This document shows, piece after piece, positions 9,395 to 21,924 of a stretch of DNA of 64,000 bases. The stretch is from an uncultured Alphaproteobacteria bacterium (GTDB lineage: Bacteria > Pseudomonadota > Alphaproteobacteria > Rs-D84): positions 74,699 through 138,698 of the forward strand of contig CAUTNA010000001.1 in NCBI GenBank assembly GCA_963540515.1, in the 5' to 3' direction. The number at the start of each line of letters is the position of its first letter. Within the stretch, counting starts at the first letter, position 1. The notes under the pieces were generated by a model, which made no database searches, had not been told where the DNA came from, and saw only the letters and a program-made list of their open reading frames with translations. The position numbers and the translations under genes were made by a program.

Positions 9395-10651
9395 ATGTTT
9401 TCAAAACTAGAATCTAAAATAGCTTTTAGATATTTATTTACAAAAAGAAGAGAAAAATTTGTTTCTATAATTTCCTGGGTATCTTTAATTGGAATAATGT
9501 TGGGTGTTGCAACACTTATAATAGTTATGTCTGTTATGAGTGGATTTCATGATACACTACTTTCAAGAATAATTGGTATGAACGGTCATATTGTTATATA
9601 TCACCAAGACGGTACTATTAAGGATTATGATTATTTAATTGATAAAATTAAAAGAAATAAAACTATAGATACTATGACAAAATCAATTATTCCAATAGCG
9701 GAAGGACAAGTTATGATTTCTGCAAATGGAAATAACAGTGGCGCTATGATAAGAGGTATAAGAGTACAAGATTTAAAAAATAAAACTTTAAATAAAACAA
9801 AAATATACGGAAAAAAGATTGAAGATTTACAAGAAAATGAATTAGTAATTGGAGCTGTACTTTCAAGACAACTTCGAGCCAGTCTTGGTGATAAAATTTC
9901 TCTGATTTCTGCAAACTCTGCATCAAGTACAGTTTTTGGAACAATTCCAAGAATAGTATTATATCCAATTGTTTCATCTTTCTTTATAGGTATGTATGAA
10001 TATGATTCTGGATATATATTTTTACCTCTTCAAACTGCTCAAAAATATTTAAATATAGAAAATAGTGTAACTCATATAGACTTATATTTAAAAAAATCTG
10101 AATCAACAGATTTAGTCAGAGATGAACTTATAAATTTACTACCTAGTGGTTTTGTTGTAAGAGATTGGAAAGATTTAAATAGTGGTTTCGTTGGTGCATT
10201 AAAAGTTGAGAAAAATGTTATGTTTTTGATTTTAATGCTAATAATAATTGTAGCGGCTTTTAATATTGTATCAAGCTTGGTTATGCTTGTTAAAGATAAA
10301 ACAAAAGATATTGCAGTATTAAGAACTTTTGGGGTACCAAGAAAATCTATGATGAAGATATTTATTTTAACAGGAACAAGCATAGGAATTATTGGATCTG
10401 TATTAGGAGCTATACTTGGTATAATAATAACTTTAAATATAGAAAATATAAGAAGATTTTTACAATGGTTAACAGGTAAGGATTTATTTCCTGCTCAACT
10501 ATATTATCTATCTGAATTACCAGCAAAATTAACTTATTCTTCTGTATTGGGTATAGCAATAACTGCAATTGTACTTGCGTTTTTAGCAACACTTTATCCG
10601 GCTTGGAAGGCATCTAATACAGATCCTGTAAAAGTATTAAGAAATGAATAA
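9395..10651 (+). CDS. lolC: Lipoprotein-releasing system permease LolC/LolE (FtsX-like)
   Basis: Four-TM FtsX-fold permease with a large periplasmic loop. Starts MFSKLESKIAFRYLFTKRREKFVSIISWVSLIGIMLGVATLIIVMSVMSGF. Directly upstream of lolD. Confidence 0.85.
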   Translation: MFSKLESKIAFRYLFTKRREKFVSIISWVSLIGIMLGVATLIIVMSVMSGFHDTLLSRIIGMNGHIVIYHQDGTIKDYDYLIDKIKRNKTIDTMTKSIIPIAEGQVMISANGNNSGAMIRGIRVQDLKNKTLNKTKIYGKKIEDLQENELVIGAVLSRQLRASLGDKISLISANSASSTVFGTIPRIVLYPIVSSFFIGMYEYDSGYIFLPLQTAQKYLNIENSVTHIDLYLKKSESTDLVRDELINLLPSGFVVRDWKDLNSGFVGALKVEKNVMFLILMLIIIVAAFNIVSSLVMLVKDKTKDIAVLRTFGVPRKSMMKIFILTGTSIGIIGSVLGAILGIIITLNIENIRRFLQWLTGKDLFPAQLYYLSELPAKLTYSSVLGIAITAIVLAFLATLYPAWKASNTDPVKVLRNE

Positions 10652-10669
10652 TTATATTGGTTAAATACT

Positions 10670-11365
10670 ATGATAAATGTAAAAAAATTTACTAATGATA
10701 TTGTTTTAAGTGTCCGCGATATAAAAAAAGATTATATAGAAGCAGGAAACAATTTAAAAATTTTAAAAGGTGGTGGCTTTGATTTACACAAGGGAGAAAT
10801 AATTGCTTTTGTTGGACAATCTGGTTGTGGTAAGTCTACACTTTTGCAATGTATTGGACTTCTTGACAGACCAACAAGTGGAAGTATTTTGATAAACGGA
10901 ACTAATATTCAAAATATGGATGAAGAAACTAGAACTAAATTAAGAAGAAAACAAATAGGATTTGTTTATCAAAGACATAACTTATTATCAGATTTTACTG
11001 CACTCGAAAATGTAATACTCCCTATGATGGCAAATGGAACAGATGAAATAATAGCAAATGTTAAAGCTAAAAAACTTTTAAAATCTGCTAATATTTTACA
11101 TCGATATAACCATTATCCAAGTGAGATGTCAGGTGGAGAGCAACAAAGAGTAGCTATTGCAAGAGCGCTTGCAAATAATCCTGAAATATTATTAGCAGAC
11201 GAACCAACTGGTAATTTAGACCCATCACATGCTAATATAATTTTTGATTTACTATTTGAATTAGTTAGAAAAAATAAAATGGCTATGCTTTTTGTAACAC
11301 ATGATATGAATTTAGCAAAAAAAGCAGATAGAGTTATAACTATTGTAGATGGAATAGTAAAATAA
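10670..11365 (+). CDS. lolD: Lipoprotein-releasing system ATP-binding protein LolD
   Basis: ABC ATPase with Walker A GQSGCGKST, signature LSGGEQQRVAIARAL and Walker B ILLADEPT. 231 aa. Confidence 0.9.
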   Translation: MINVKKFTNDIVLSVRDIKKDYIEAGNNLKILKGGGFDLHKGEIIAFVGQSGCGKSTLLQCIGLLDRPTSGSILINGTNIQNMDEETRTKLRRKQIGFVYQRHNLLSDFTALENVILPMMANGTDEIIANVKAKKLLKSANILHRYNHYPSEMSGGEQQRVAIARALANNPEILLADEPTGNLDPSHANIIFDLLFELVRKNKMAMLFVTHDMNLAKKADRVITIVDGIVK

Positions 11366-11454
11366 TTAAACAGAATAACAAACTATAATAAATTTTAATA
11401 AAACCTTGCTTTTATATACTAAGAATGTAATAATTTTCTTACTTTTGAATTATA

Positions 11455-11529
11455 GCGAGTATAGTTCAAGGGCTAGAATGTCAGCCTTCCAAGCTGAAAA
11501 TGCGGGTTCGAATCCCGCTACTCGCACCA
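11455..11529 (+). tRNA. tRNA-Gly (anticodon TCC)
   Basis: Cloverleaf folded by hand. Acceptor GCGAGTA/TACTCGC, anticodon loop CTTCCAA, T-loop TTCGAAT, encoded CCA. Confidence 0.9.
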
Positions 11530-11534
11530 AAAAT

Positions 11535-11621
11535 GGGCGTGCGCCGGAGTTGGAGAGCCGGGGCAGACTGTAAATCTGTTGACTTATGTCTGAGCTGGTT
11601 CGAATCCAGCCACTCCCACCA
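11535..11621 (+). tRNA. tRNA-Tyr (anticodon GTA), class II long variable arm
   Basis: Anticodon loop CTGTAAA, long variable arm TGACTTATGTCTGAG, T-arm GCTGG-TTCGAAT-CCAGC, encoded CCA. 87 nt. Confidence 0.9.
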
Positions 11622-11641
11622 AAGTATTAGAAAGAATATAA

Positions 11642-12283
11642 ATGAAAATTGAATATCTAAAGCAAGATTTAAAAGAAGTTGAGAAAAATTTTGCATATAT
11701 ATTGATGAGCAAGACTATTTGTTTAGATTTTTATAGAGCTTTAAAAGAACAAAAAGTAAAACATAATCTATTTATTAATTGGGTATTTTTAAATTATCAA
11801 GATATTATTACTTTAGATCTGTGTAAAATACTAGAAGAAAAGAAAAAACATTATTCTTTAACCAATTTTATAAAAAATCTTATAAAAAATTATGATTCTT
11901 TTACAATAAAAATTAGAGAATTTAATAATAAACTATCAAATTTTAAAATTGAAGAAATCAAAAAAAATTTTCCTAATGTTGATAATTATGATCCTAAAAT
12001 TCCTGAATTTAATATACCTGTATCAGATTTTGAATATGATTTGAAACAAATAAAAAATATTCATAATAGATTAATAAAATATCGTAACAAAAAATTATGT
12101 CATAATGATATATCTAAAGAATACAAAGATGTATCACCAGAAAAAATAAAAACATTACACTCTTATATAGATAAAATAGAAAGTATTATTATCAAATATC
12201 TTCGAATATTTAACATTTATATGGATTATGATATTTTAAAAAAAGAAAATTATTATAATAATTTCAAATTTGAGCTAAAATAA
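11642..12283 (+). CDS. Hypothetical protein with an Rx5H (HEPN-like) motif, placed directly after the tRNA-Gly/tRNA-Tyr pair
   Basis: 213-aa ORF starting 20 nt after tRNA-Tyr. Contains ...NIHNRLIKYRNKKLCHND..., which fits R-x(4-6)-H. No other recognisable domain. Followed by ~440 bp of non-coding DNA. Confidence 0.4.
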   Translation: MKIEYLKQDLKEVEKNFAYILMSKTICLDFYRALKEQKVKHNLFINWVFLNYQDIITLDLCKILEEKKKHYSLTNFIKNLIKNYDSFTIKIREFNNKLSNFKIEEIKKNFPNVDNYDPKIPEFNIPVSDFEYDLKQIKNIHNRLIKYRNKKLCHNDISKEYKDVSPEKIKTLHSYIDKIESIIIKYLRIFNIYMDYDILKKENYYNNFKFELK

Positions 12284-12723
12284 AAGAGTATTATGATACT
12301 TATTAAAACTAATTTATTTCTTATTTTAATAATTGAATTTTTTTAATTATTAAAGCATTTGAATATCTTTATTGCATATTAATAAAAAACACCCCCTTTT
12401 GTTTTAAGTTCTTATTGCTCTAGAAAAACTTTAATAGACTAGATAAATAATAATTATACAACACCAAAACTTTTTTGTAACTTGGATCTAGATATTGTAA
12501 ACTAGCAAAAAAATCTAATAAATATTATAGGCATTGAAAATATTCCCAAAAACACTATCCAGAAATATAAATATTTTTGATAAGCAATATATTCGAATAT
12601 TTTTAAGTCCAAAATTAACAGAGAAATTATTAACATATAGAAACAAATTTATAGTTTTCGTTTCTTTTGATTTTAAATTAAAAAAATATATAAGTTTTAA
12701 TATTTAAAAATTCTATTTCAAAC

Positions 12724-12800
12724 TGGTAGCGGGAGGGGGACTTGAACCCTCGACCCCATGATTATGATTCACGTGCTCTAACCAGCTGAGCTATCCCGCC
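12724..12800 (-). tRNA. tRNA with CAT anticodon (elongator Met or Ile2-lysidine)
   Basis: Reverse complement folds as GGCGGGA...anticodon loop ATCATAA...T-loop TTCAAGT...TCCCGCT-A-CCA. The anticodon stem is not the GGG/CCC initiator type and the 1-72 pair is a G-T wobble. Confidence 0.85.
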
Positions 12801-12840
12801 AGTGCTTATACAGTATAAAGTTTAAAAATAAAAAAATCAA

Positions 12841-13503
12841 TTACCAAATAATTTCTTTTTTACCTAAACTTTTTAGATACTGATTTGTTTTTGAAAAATG
12901 ATGATTTCCAAAAAATCCTCTATGAGCAGAAAGAGGAGAAGGATGAACACTTTTTAAAACTAAATTTTTATCTATATCTATTATCTCAGCTTTTTTTTGT
13001 GCAAAACTTCCCCATAATAAATAAACAATACCTTCTTTATAAGATAAAATCTTTATAACACTATCTGTAAATATTTCCCATCCAATACCACTATGAGAAC
13101 CAGCATAATGTGCTTTTACAGTTAAAGAGGAATTTAATAATAAAATTCCCTGCTCTGCCCAATAAGATAAATCTCCATTCGTTACACTTTTATACCCTAA
13201 ATCATTTTCTATTTCTTTATAAATATTTACAAGAGATGGTGGATAATTTACACCTTTTTGAACAGAAAAACATAACCCATGAGCTTGATTTGGCTCATGA
13301 TATGGATCTTGTCCTATTATTACTACTTTAACATTATCAAGTGGACACAAATTAAAAGCATTAAAAATATTTGAAGGTTTAGGATAAATTGCTTTTCCAG
13401 ATAAATATTCTTTCTTAATAAAATTTGTAAGATTTATAAAATAATCTTTTTCAAATTCATCTTTAAGAGCATCTTTCCAAGATTGTTCTATTTTTACATC
13501 CAT
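12841..13503 (-). CDS. ung: Uracil-DNA glycosylase, family 1 (Ung)
   Basis: Motifs VVIIGQDPYH, GVLLLN-like and HPSPLSAHRGFFG. 220 aa. Confidence 0.9.
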   Translation of the reverse strand: MDVKIEQSWKDALKDEFEKDYFINLTNFIKKEYLSGKAIYPKPSNIFNAFNLCPLDNVKVVIIGQDPYHEPNQAHGLCFSVQKGVNYPPSLVNIYKEIENDLGYKSVTNGDLSYWAEQGILLLNSSLTVKAHYAGSHSGIGWEIFTDSVIKILSYKEGIVYLLWGSFAQKKAEIIDIDKNLVLKSVHPSPLSAHRGFFGNHHFSKTNQYLKSLGKKEIIW

Positions 13504-13504
13504 T

Positions 13505-14173
13505 TCATTTATTAAAATTTATTAATCCATTTTGGCAAGCTTTCCACAAAACAACATCTATATAACCACGTGGTAAACTTGTTTCTTTTTCCATAAAACT
13601 AAACATATTATCACAAACAATTTTTATATCTTTATCGAGTTTTGAATTATTAATTTTATCGTTTAAACCGGTATTTTTACTATATAATACACCAAGCCTT
13701 TGAATCCAAATATCGTATTTAACTATATTTTCTCCTAAATTTCTTGCTAAGTGATTAACAGTAATTTTTCCAATATGCGGTAATTTTAATAAAAATAACA
13801 ACCTAGACTCTAAAGAAGTTTGCTTATAATAATTTTCTACTATAACATCCTTATCTAACCAAATTTTTATAATAGCAGATATTTTATTTTTATTATTAAA
13901 TAAGCCTATTAAATAGTTATACAAAATATCAAAATTAGTCTCTTTTGAATTGAATAAAAAATTAATTATTTTAGAGTGTATTTTTTTTGCTGTTTTTTGA
14001 GAAAAACCGCTTGCCAAAATAACATAAATACACTCAGAAGCAAAATCTTTTGAGTTTAATATTTTTTTATTTTTTAAATTTGATTTAATTTCATCAAAAG
14101 TACTTGAATCAGAATCAAGACCCTTTGATTTTAAAATATTTTCAATTTCTTCAAACCAAACTTTCGTAAACAT
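13505..14173 (-). CDS. Putative HhH-GPD superfamily DNA glycosylase
   Basis: Helix-hairpin-helix LPHIGKITVNHLARNLG and an upstream ILASGFSQKTAKK helix. Start taken at the Met (MFTKVWFEE) that avoids overlap with the gyrB stop. The ORF track's alternative start is 14209. Confidence 0.4.
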   Translation of the reverse strand: MFTKVWFEEIENILKSKGLDSDSSTFDEIKSNLKNKKILNSKDFASECIYVILASGFSQKTAKKIHSKIINFLFNSKETNFDILYNYLIGLFNNKNKISAIIKIWLDKDVIVENYYKQTSLESRLLFLLKLPHIGKITVNHLARNLGENIVKYDIWIQRLGVLYSKNTGLNDKINNSKLDKDIKIVCDNMFSFMEKETSLPRGYIDVVLWKACQNGLINFNK

Positions 14174-14174
14174 T

Positions 14175-16586
<2,412 letters not shown>

Positions 16587-16649
16587 TTAGTAAAATTCTC
16601 GTAAAACATAGCAATTTTTGATATAATAGGCAAGGAAAAAGGCGGTCTT

Positions 16650-17216
16650 ATGAAATTTAAACTTTTATATTTTGGAGAAATTTTTACAAATCCTAAAAGA
16701 AGAACAAAACATATTTCTGATATACGTATGCAATTTCATCCACAACTAAAAAAGTTAGTTGAACATAGCCCTTGGTTAAATTTAAAAAAATATATGTATC
16801 CTAATGTATCGAAAAATTTAACAAGTTCAAAATTTATTTGTGGCACATATTGGAATCCTATTATAACTCCAAAATTAAAATTAATAGCTGAACTTGATAT
16901 ACAAATGTTACATCCAGAAATAGTTGGAGTTGCACGATCAGATATAGATAATAGAGTAAAAACTCTATTGGATGGGCTTAGATGTCCACAAACAGAAAAA
17001 GAAGTTTCTGAAGAAATGTATGATTATAAAGAACCTGTTTTCACACTATTAGATGATGATCATCTTGTTACAAAAATATCTGTTAATACAAGTCATCTCT
17101 TATCAAATGAAATTTTTAAAAATAAATCTTTATCTTCAGATTCAATATTTATGCTAATAAATGTAAATGTAAGAGTCTCAGAAGGTAATTTAGAAAATTT
17201 ACCTTTTATGATCTGA
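16650..17216 (+). CDS. Hypothetical protein
   Basis: 188-aa ORF between gyrB (divergent) and the pilC-like gene (convergent). No recognisable motifs. Confidence 0.35.
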   Translation: MKFKLLYFGEIFTNPKRRTKHISDIRMQFHPQLKKLVEHSPWLNLKKYMYPNVSKNLTSSKFICGTYWNPIITPKLKLIAELDIQMLHPEIVGVARSDIDNRVKTLLDGLRCPQTEKEVSEEMYDYKEPVFTLLDDDHLVTKISVNTSHLLSNEIFKNKSLSSDSIFMLINVNVRVSEGNLENLPFMI

Positions 17217-17237
17217 TGAATTTAAAAGAAAAGTTTC

Positions 17238-18308
17238 TTAATTTAAATTTGTCATTATTTGATCTTGAATTTGAAAAGTTCCAAGTACTACCCATGCAAT
17301 TATAAAAGAAACCAGAATTATACCAATAGTATTGATTGTACTAGATATAGATTCTGCCTTTCTAATACTATTTTCAAGATAATCTTCGGCTATCTTCGAT
17401 ATATTTTCATTAAAATTATTCATATCTGAATAAATAGCAAGATCTCCTATTATTTCATCGTTTGGGAAATGAGTTTTTGAATTCTCAAGAGCAATACCTA
17501 AATTATCACCATTCGCAACATTATGCATCACGGATTGTAAAATTTTATTCAAATATTTATTAGAATTTTCAGATAATAATCTTAATGCTAAAGATAAACT
17601 ACAACCACTCGATAACATAGCAGATAAAGAAATCATCCAACTTACACCCAAATAAACCTTATATAGGTTATAAGGAGGAATTTTATCAAATATAGTTCTT
17701 ATAAAACCTGACCAATTCTCTAAACTAATCCATACAAAAAATATAACTAAAAGAATACCTATAACTAAAAAATCCCAATAATTTTTTGTAAAATTAGAAA
17801 CATCTAATAAAATAGATGCATTTCCAGTTAAATTTTCAGTTGTACCAATAGCATCAATAAGAGGTGGTATTAAATATATACCCGACATTATTATTATTCC
17901 AAAAGTTAAGATAAATAAAAATAGTGGATATGAAACAGCCGAAAAAACAGCTCTTTTTATTCTTCTAACAGAATCTATAATTTTTGAGATATTATCTAAT
18001 GAAACTGCTAATTTTGAAATATCACCACTTGATAAAATAAGATTTTCTGTATCTGAAACCCAACCTTTTGTTGCTTCAGCAAAAGAATCTCCATTTTCAA
18101 GATTTTTTTGCCAAGATTTTACACAGATAGCAAAAGGCTCTGAATTTTTAATACCACCTTTAGATTCAATTAACTCTATTCTTCTAAGAGCTTCCATAAG
18201 AGTAAAATTATTTTTTAATAATGAAGATATTTTTCTATATAAAGATAACCTTTTTTCAGTATCTAATTTAAATATAAGTTTTGCGTATAATAAATCTAAA
18301 AAAAACAT
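17238..18308 (-). CDS. Type II secretion / type IV pilus platform protein (GspF/PilC/TcpE-like, T2SSF domain)
   Basis: 356 aa. Two cytoplasmic helical domains are separated by TM helices (SYPLFLFILTFGIIIMSGIYLI; FLVIGILLVIFFVWI), with a C-terminal TM (IGIILVSFIIAWVVLGTF). This is the GspF topology. Immediately downstream of the secretion ATPase. Confidence 0.7.
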   Translation of the reverse strand: MFFLDLLYAKLIFKLDTEKRLSLYRKISSLLKNNFTLMEALRRIELIESKGGIKNSEPFAICVKSWQKNLENGDSFAEATKGWVSDTENLILSSGDISKLAVSLDNISKIIDSVRRIKRAVFSAVSYPLFLFILTFGIIIMSGIYLIPPLIDAIGTTENLTGNASILLDVSNFTKNYWDFLVIGILLVIFFVWISLENWSGFIRTIFDKIPPYNLYKVYLGVSWMISLSAMLSSGCSLSLALRLLSENSNKYLNKILQSVMHNVANGDNLGIALENSKTHFPNDEIIGDLAIYSDMNNFNENISKIAEDYLENSIRKAESISSTINTIGIILVSFIIAWVVLGTFQIQDQIMTNLN

Positions 18309-19937
18309 TTAATATATCCCCGGTTGATCTATTAAACCTACCCATCTTTCTAATTCATCAATAGAAATAATTCCTTTTAACATTAATTCAATAGCAGATT
18401 CTTTTAAAGTTCTTCCATCTAAATTTTCAAGCCAATATCTAGTTGCAGATTTTGTATCTCCAGATAAAGCAAGATTTAAAAATTCTCCATCAGTTATTAT
18501 AATTTCTCCAGCTTTTATTCTTCCGTTTGTTCCCTTATTTTTACAATTATCACAACCACAACCTTGTATATAAATCTGTTTTAAACCAATTTCTCCAAAA
18601 GCATCTTTTACCCTTTTATAAGCAGGATGTTCTGGATTATCGATTAATTTTTTCTTACACTTAGGACATAATTTTTTAAATAAACGCATAGATACTAAAC
18701 CTCGCATCATCGTTTCATCTTTTAATTTAAAAGATTCTACACCAATATCTAATAATCTAGTTAATGCAGTCATAGCAGAATTAGCGTGTAAAGTAGTCCA
18801 AACATTATGACCAGATAAAGCTCCTTTTACAGTTAATTGAGCAACTGATAAAGTTCTTATTTCTCCAACCATTAAAGTATCAGGATCGCTCCTAAGAGCA
18901 GCAGCTAATGCCTCTGTAAATTTTTCTTCTCTTTGCTCTTCATTAGAAGTATTAATAACAGGAATTTGATGTGCTCCAAATATTTTTTGTTCTGCAGGAT
19001 CTTCAACTGTTATAAGATTTATTTCATAATTTTTCTCTTTAAGTAAAAGAGACATATTTCTTACTAAAGTAGTAGATTTTCCAGAACTTGTAGGTCCCGC
19101 AACAATAACAAGACCAGTTGGATAAGAACGCAATCTCATTAAAAGTTTTTGTTCATATTCTCCAAACTCTTGTTCTGTTTTTATTCCTTCTGTTGGATTA
19201 TCATAAAGTAATCTCATAACAACATATCTACTACCAAATGCAATTGGATTGAATTGCATTCTTATACCTATAATTCCATCAGGTAAATATAAATCTTTTG
19301 TCCCTCTAAGTGGAGTTCTTCCATCTTTTTGAGCAGATTGATACTCATTCTGAGCATAATTAGAATTTGAAATATCAGACGAAGCAAACGCAGCTCTTAC
19401 AAAAGATTCTCCCCAACTTGAACTATACTCAAAAACAGATTGAATACTACCATCTATTCTAAAATAAATAGTTGTTTGATCAGATACATCTATGTGAATA
19501 TCAGATACTTTTTTTGATACAGCTTTAGATATTATATCAATAAAATCTTTCTGCATTTGATTATCAAACTCTATTTTTAGTCCACCATTTAATTTAATTT
19601 CATTTGTTTTATATATACTTGAAATCAAACTAATATCACAATAATAAGGTTCCAAATGAGTTTTGTTTTTTTTATTTAGAAGTTCTAGAAAAGCTAAGAC
19701 TCTTCCATCATATTGATGATTTCTTGATATTATAATTTCACCACCAGAAAAATAAGCTATTAAATTTTGTGAATCTTTAGATATCTCTAAATCAGCACCT
19801 GTTGAAGTCAACAACTTATTGTTATTAGAAAATAGATAATCTATTATTTCTTTAGAAGAATTTTCCATTGCTTTTGGTATAGAAAAATTCTCTTTCTTTT
19901 TTTTATATTTTAAAGAAAAAGATGTATTATTCATCAA
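18309..19937 (-). CDS. GspE/PilB-family secretion ATPase with a C-terminal tetracysteine zinc finger
   Basis: N2-domain SDIHID, Walker A VIVAGPTSSGKSTTL, Asp box TVEDPAEQ, Walker B LMVGEIRTLSVAQ, His box GHNVWTTLHANSA. Tetracysteine CPKC...CGCDNC. 542 aa. Confidence 0.9.
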   Translation of the reverse strand: MMNNTSFSLKYKKKKENFSIPKAMENSSKEIIDYLFSNNNKLLTSTGADLEISKDSQNLIAYFSGGEIIISRNHQYDGRVLAFLELLNKKNKTHLEPYYCDISLISSIYKTNEIKLNGGLKIEFDNQMQKDFIDIISKAVSKKVSDIHIDVSDQTTIYFRIDGSIQSVFEYSSSWGESFVRAAFASSDISNSNYAQNEYQSAQKDGRTPLRGTKDLYLPDGIIGIRMQFNPIAFGSRYVVMRLLYDNPTEGIKTEQEFGEYEQKLLMRLRSYPTGLVIVAGPTSSGKSTTLVRNMSLLLKEKNYEINLITVEDPAEQKIFGAHQIPVINTSNEEQREEKFTEALAAALRSDPDTLMVGEIRTLSVAQLTVKGALSGHNVWTTLHANSAMTALTRLLDIGVESFKLKDETMMRGLVSMRLFKKLCPKCKKKLIDNPEHPAYKRVKDAFGEIGLKQIYIQGCGCDNCKNKGTNGRIKAGEIIITDGEFLNLALSGDTKSATRYWLENLDGRTLKESAIELMLKGIISIDELERWVGLIDQPGIY

Positions 19938-19940
19938 AAA

Positions 19941-20600
19941 TTAATTTTTACTTATATTTAAAACTTGTGTTTCATCATTTTTTATAAAAACAATTCCTTC
20001 ATCTAAAGATATAGATTTAATTTCAAAACCATCTACAACTTTACCAACAGAAACTTTTTTTTGTCCACCTGTCCTTAAATCTTCTATTTTTGCTTGAAGC
20101 TCACTTCCAACACCAACTATATCAATTAGTTTATAAATACTAGAAATATCATCTAATCTTTTTAGAACTTTATTTTCTACTTTAGAATTTGAACTAGAAT
20201 AAGAATTTTTTTGACTCACAAACCTTTGTTTTTCTTCTTCTAAAGAAGCTTTTTCTTGAGCAAGTCTTTCTTTTTCTTGTTCTAAATCCTGTTTTTGCTT
20301 TTCTTCCATATTAACAAGATTTTCCATTTCAATATTCAACTTTTTCTTTTCAGAATTTACTCTCTCTAAATCTAATTCTAATTGAGCTTTTTCCTTTTTC
20401 AACTGAATTAAGACTTTTTCTTGTTCTAAATCTGTTATTTTTTTAAATAAAGAATCTTCTGTATTATAATTCAATACAGCTTCATCACTTGTATTATTTT
20501 CTAATAGATTTTCTTGCGTATCTTCCTCTGCAAAAGAAAAATTACAATTAAATATAAAAATACTAACAATAACAAAGTATTTTATAAAACTATTTTGCAT
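19941..20600 (-). CDS. Periplasmic coiled-coil protein with C-terminal beta domain (GspC/PilP/GspM-like accessory, putative)
   Basis: Signal peptide, then a long Glu/Lys heptad coiled coil (EEKQKQDLEQEKERLAQEKASLEEEKQRF), then a C-terminal domain KVSVGKVVDGFEIKSISLDEGIVFIKNDETQV. Overlaps the upstream ORF by 11 nt, implying an operon. Confidence 0.4.
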   Translation of the reverse strand: MQNSFIKYFVIVSIFIFNCNFSFAEEDTQENLLENNTSDEAVLNYNTEDSLFKKITDLEQEKVLIQLKKEKAQLELDLERVNSEKKKLNIEMENLVNMEEKQKQDLEQEKERLAQEKASLEEEKQRFVSQKNSYSSSNSKVENKVLKRLDDISSIYKLIDIVGVGSELQAKIEDLRTGGQKKVSVGKVVDGFEIKSISLDEGIVFIKNDETQVLNISKN

Positions 20601-21855
20601 ATATTATCACCTCATAATTCCAAATCTTAGATTCTTCTTTCCAAGATATATTTGTAAAATAAACACCTTCAAAATTTTTAAAAATTTCTATAAACTGTAT
20701 AGGAGTCAATTTAGAAGAAAAAGAGATCTCTAAAATATTTAAATTTATAATATTCTCTCCATCCTGAATTGAATCTATAGCGATATTTGTATTTAAACTT
20801 TCTATAAAACTTTTTTGTAAAATACCAACAATTTGTCTCTCTATAAACTTTATATCTCTTTTATCCTTAGAAAATATTTTTTCCACCTCTGGAATTTTAA
20901 TTCTCAATAGAATTTCTGAATCTGATTTTTCTTCTATTTGTACACCAGGAAAATGCTTATAAACAAAATCATAAAAGTCTTTAATATTACCAAAAGTTCT
21001 TTTAAAAAAAACTGATGCGTAATAATCATTACAATTAACTTCTGTCTGACTCCAACCAACAACTGACTGCATTAAAAAATTAATACTTTTATAACAAGAA
21101 TTTATATATGAAGTTAAAACAGGTAAAGATTCATAAGGTAATTTTATTGGTTCTTTTATCAATTCATCAATTTTAAAATCTTTATCTAGCTCTTGATTTT
21201 TTTCTTCCAATTGTTTTTTATATTCTTCTGCGAGAGTAGGATCTATTTTAGAAATTTGTTTTCTGTTAATTAAAGAATCTCTTATAGGTTCTTTAAAAAA
21301 GGAAAATAATCCAAATAAAAAAAATAATAAAATAAGAAAAGAAAAAATATTAGAACCTAAATTACTTATTGGTTTTAATAAAAACTTCGTATTTGTAAAA
21401 ATACTATTATTTAAATCTTTTTCTATTCCACCTTCAATTTTCCAAGATGATGGAGCAATAAAAACACCCCAATCAGGCATTTCTTTTAATTTTAAATATT
21501 CATCATAAGCATCTTCTTCAGACAAAAAAAGTTTATCATAAATAATAATATTATTTCTTACTGCTACTAACCAAATTTCTTTTTTTAATTTAAAAGCACA
21601 TAAAAAAGAATATATCTCTTTAAAACTTTTTATAAGCTCAATCGCAGCAACAGGCATATTATTTTTATGCCCAAATTTAGAGGAACCAAGCCCTATAATT
21701 GTTCTGTAATCAACATAAAAATTTAATTTTTTATCAACAGATTTTACTAATTGCTTTGCATAATTTTTTGGTAAAATACCACCAGGTAATGGTTGCCAAA
21801 ATAAACCGACTGCATATTTTTTTTTATTTATAAATATTGTTTTATTTTGCAACAA
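20590..21855 (-). CDS. Bitopic inner-membrane assembly protein: cytoplasmic domain, one TM, periplasmic domain (GspL/BfpC/PilM-N-like, putative)
   Basis: 421 aa. Cytoplasmic domain of ~165 aa, one TM (IFSFLILLFFLFGLFSFF), periplasmic domain of ~235 aa. The topology and the position next to the ATPase match GspL-type partners. No sequence-level confirmation was possible. Confidence 0.35.
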   Translation of the reverse strand: MLQNKTIFINKKKYAVGLFWQPLPGGILPKNYAKQLVKSVDKKLNFYVDYRTIIGLGSSKFGHKNNMPVAAIELIKSFKEIYSFLCAFKLKKEIWLVAVRNNIIIYDKLFLSEEDAYDEYLKLKEMPDWGVFIAPSSWKIEGGIEKDLNNSIFTNTKFLLKPISNLGSNIFSFLILLFFLFGLFSFFKEPIRDSLINRKQISKIDPTLAEEYKKQLEEKNQELDKDFKIDELIKEPIKLPYESLPVLTSYINSCYKSINFLMQSVVGWSQTEVNCNDYYASVFFKRTFGNIKDFYDFVYKHFPGVQIEEKSDSEILLRIKIPEVEKIFSKDKRDIKFIERQIVGILQKSFIESLNTNIAIDSIQDGENIINLNILEISFSSKLTPIQFIEIFKNFEGVYFTNISWKEESKIWNYEVIIYAK

Positions 21856-21924
21856 AAACCCTCTTACAATCTAGAATTAGATTATAACATAAAATCAAGA
21901 TAAATATCAAATATAGATTAATTT

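Noticed and set aside
12284-12723. Possible pilin, small protein or integrase remnant in the 440-bp spacer after the HEPN-like ORF
   Set aside because: Only very short ORFs (<20 aa) were found by eye. There is no prepilin GFTLIE-type motif and no recombinase motifs. Left as non-coding.
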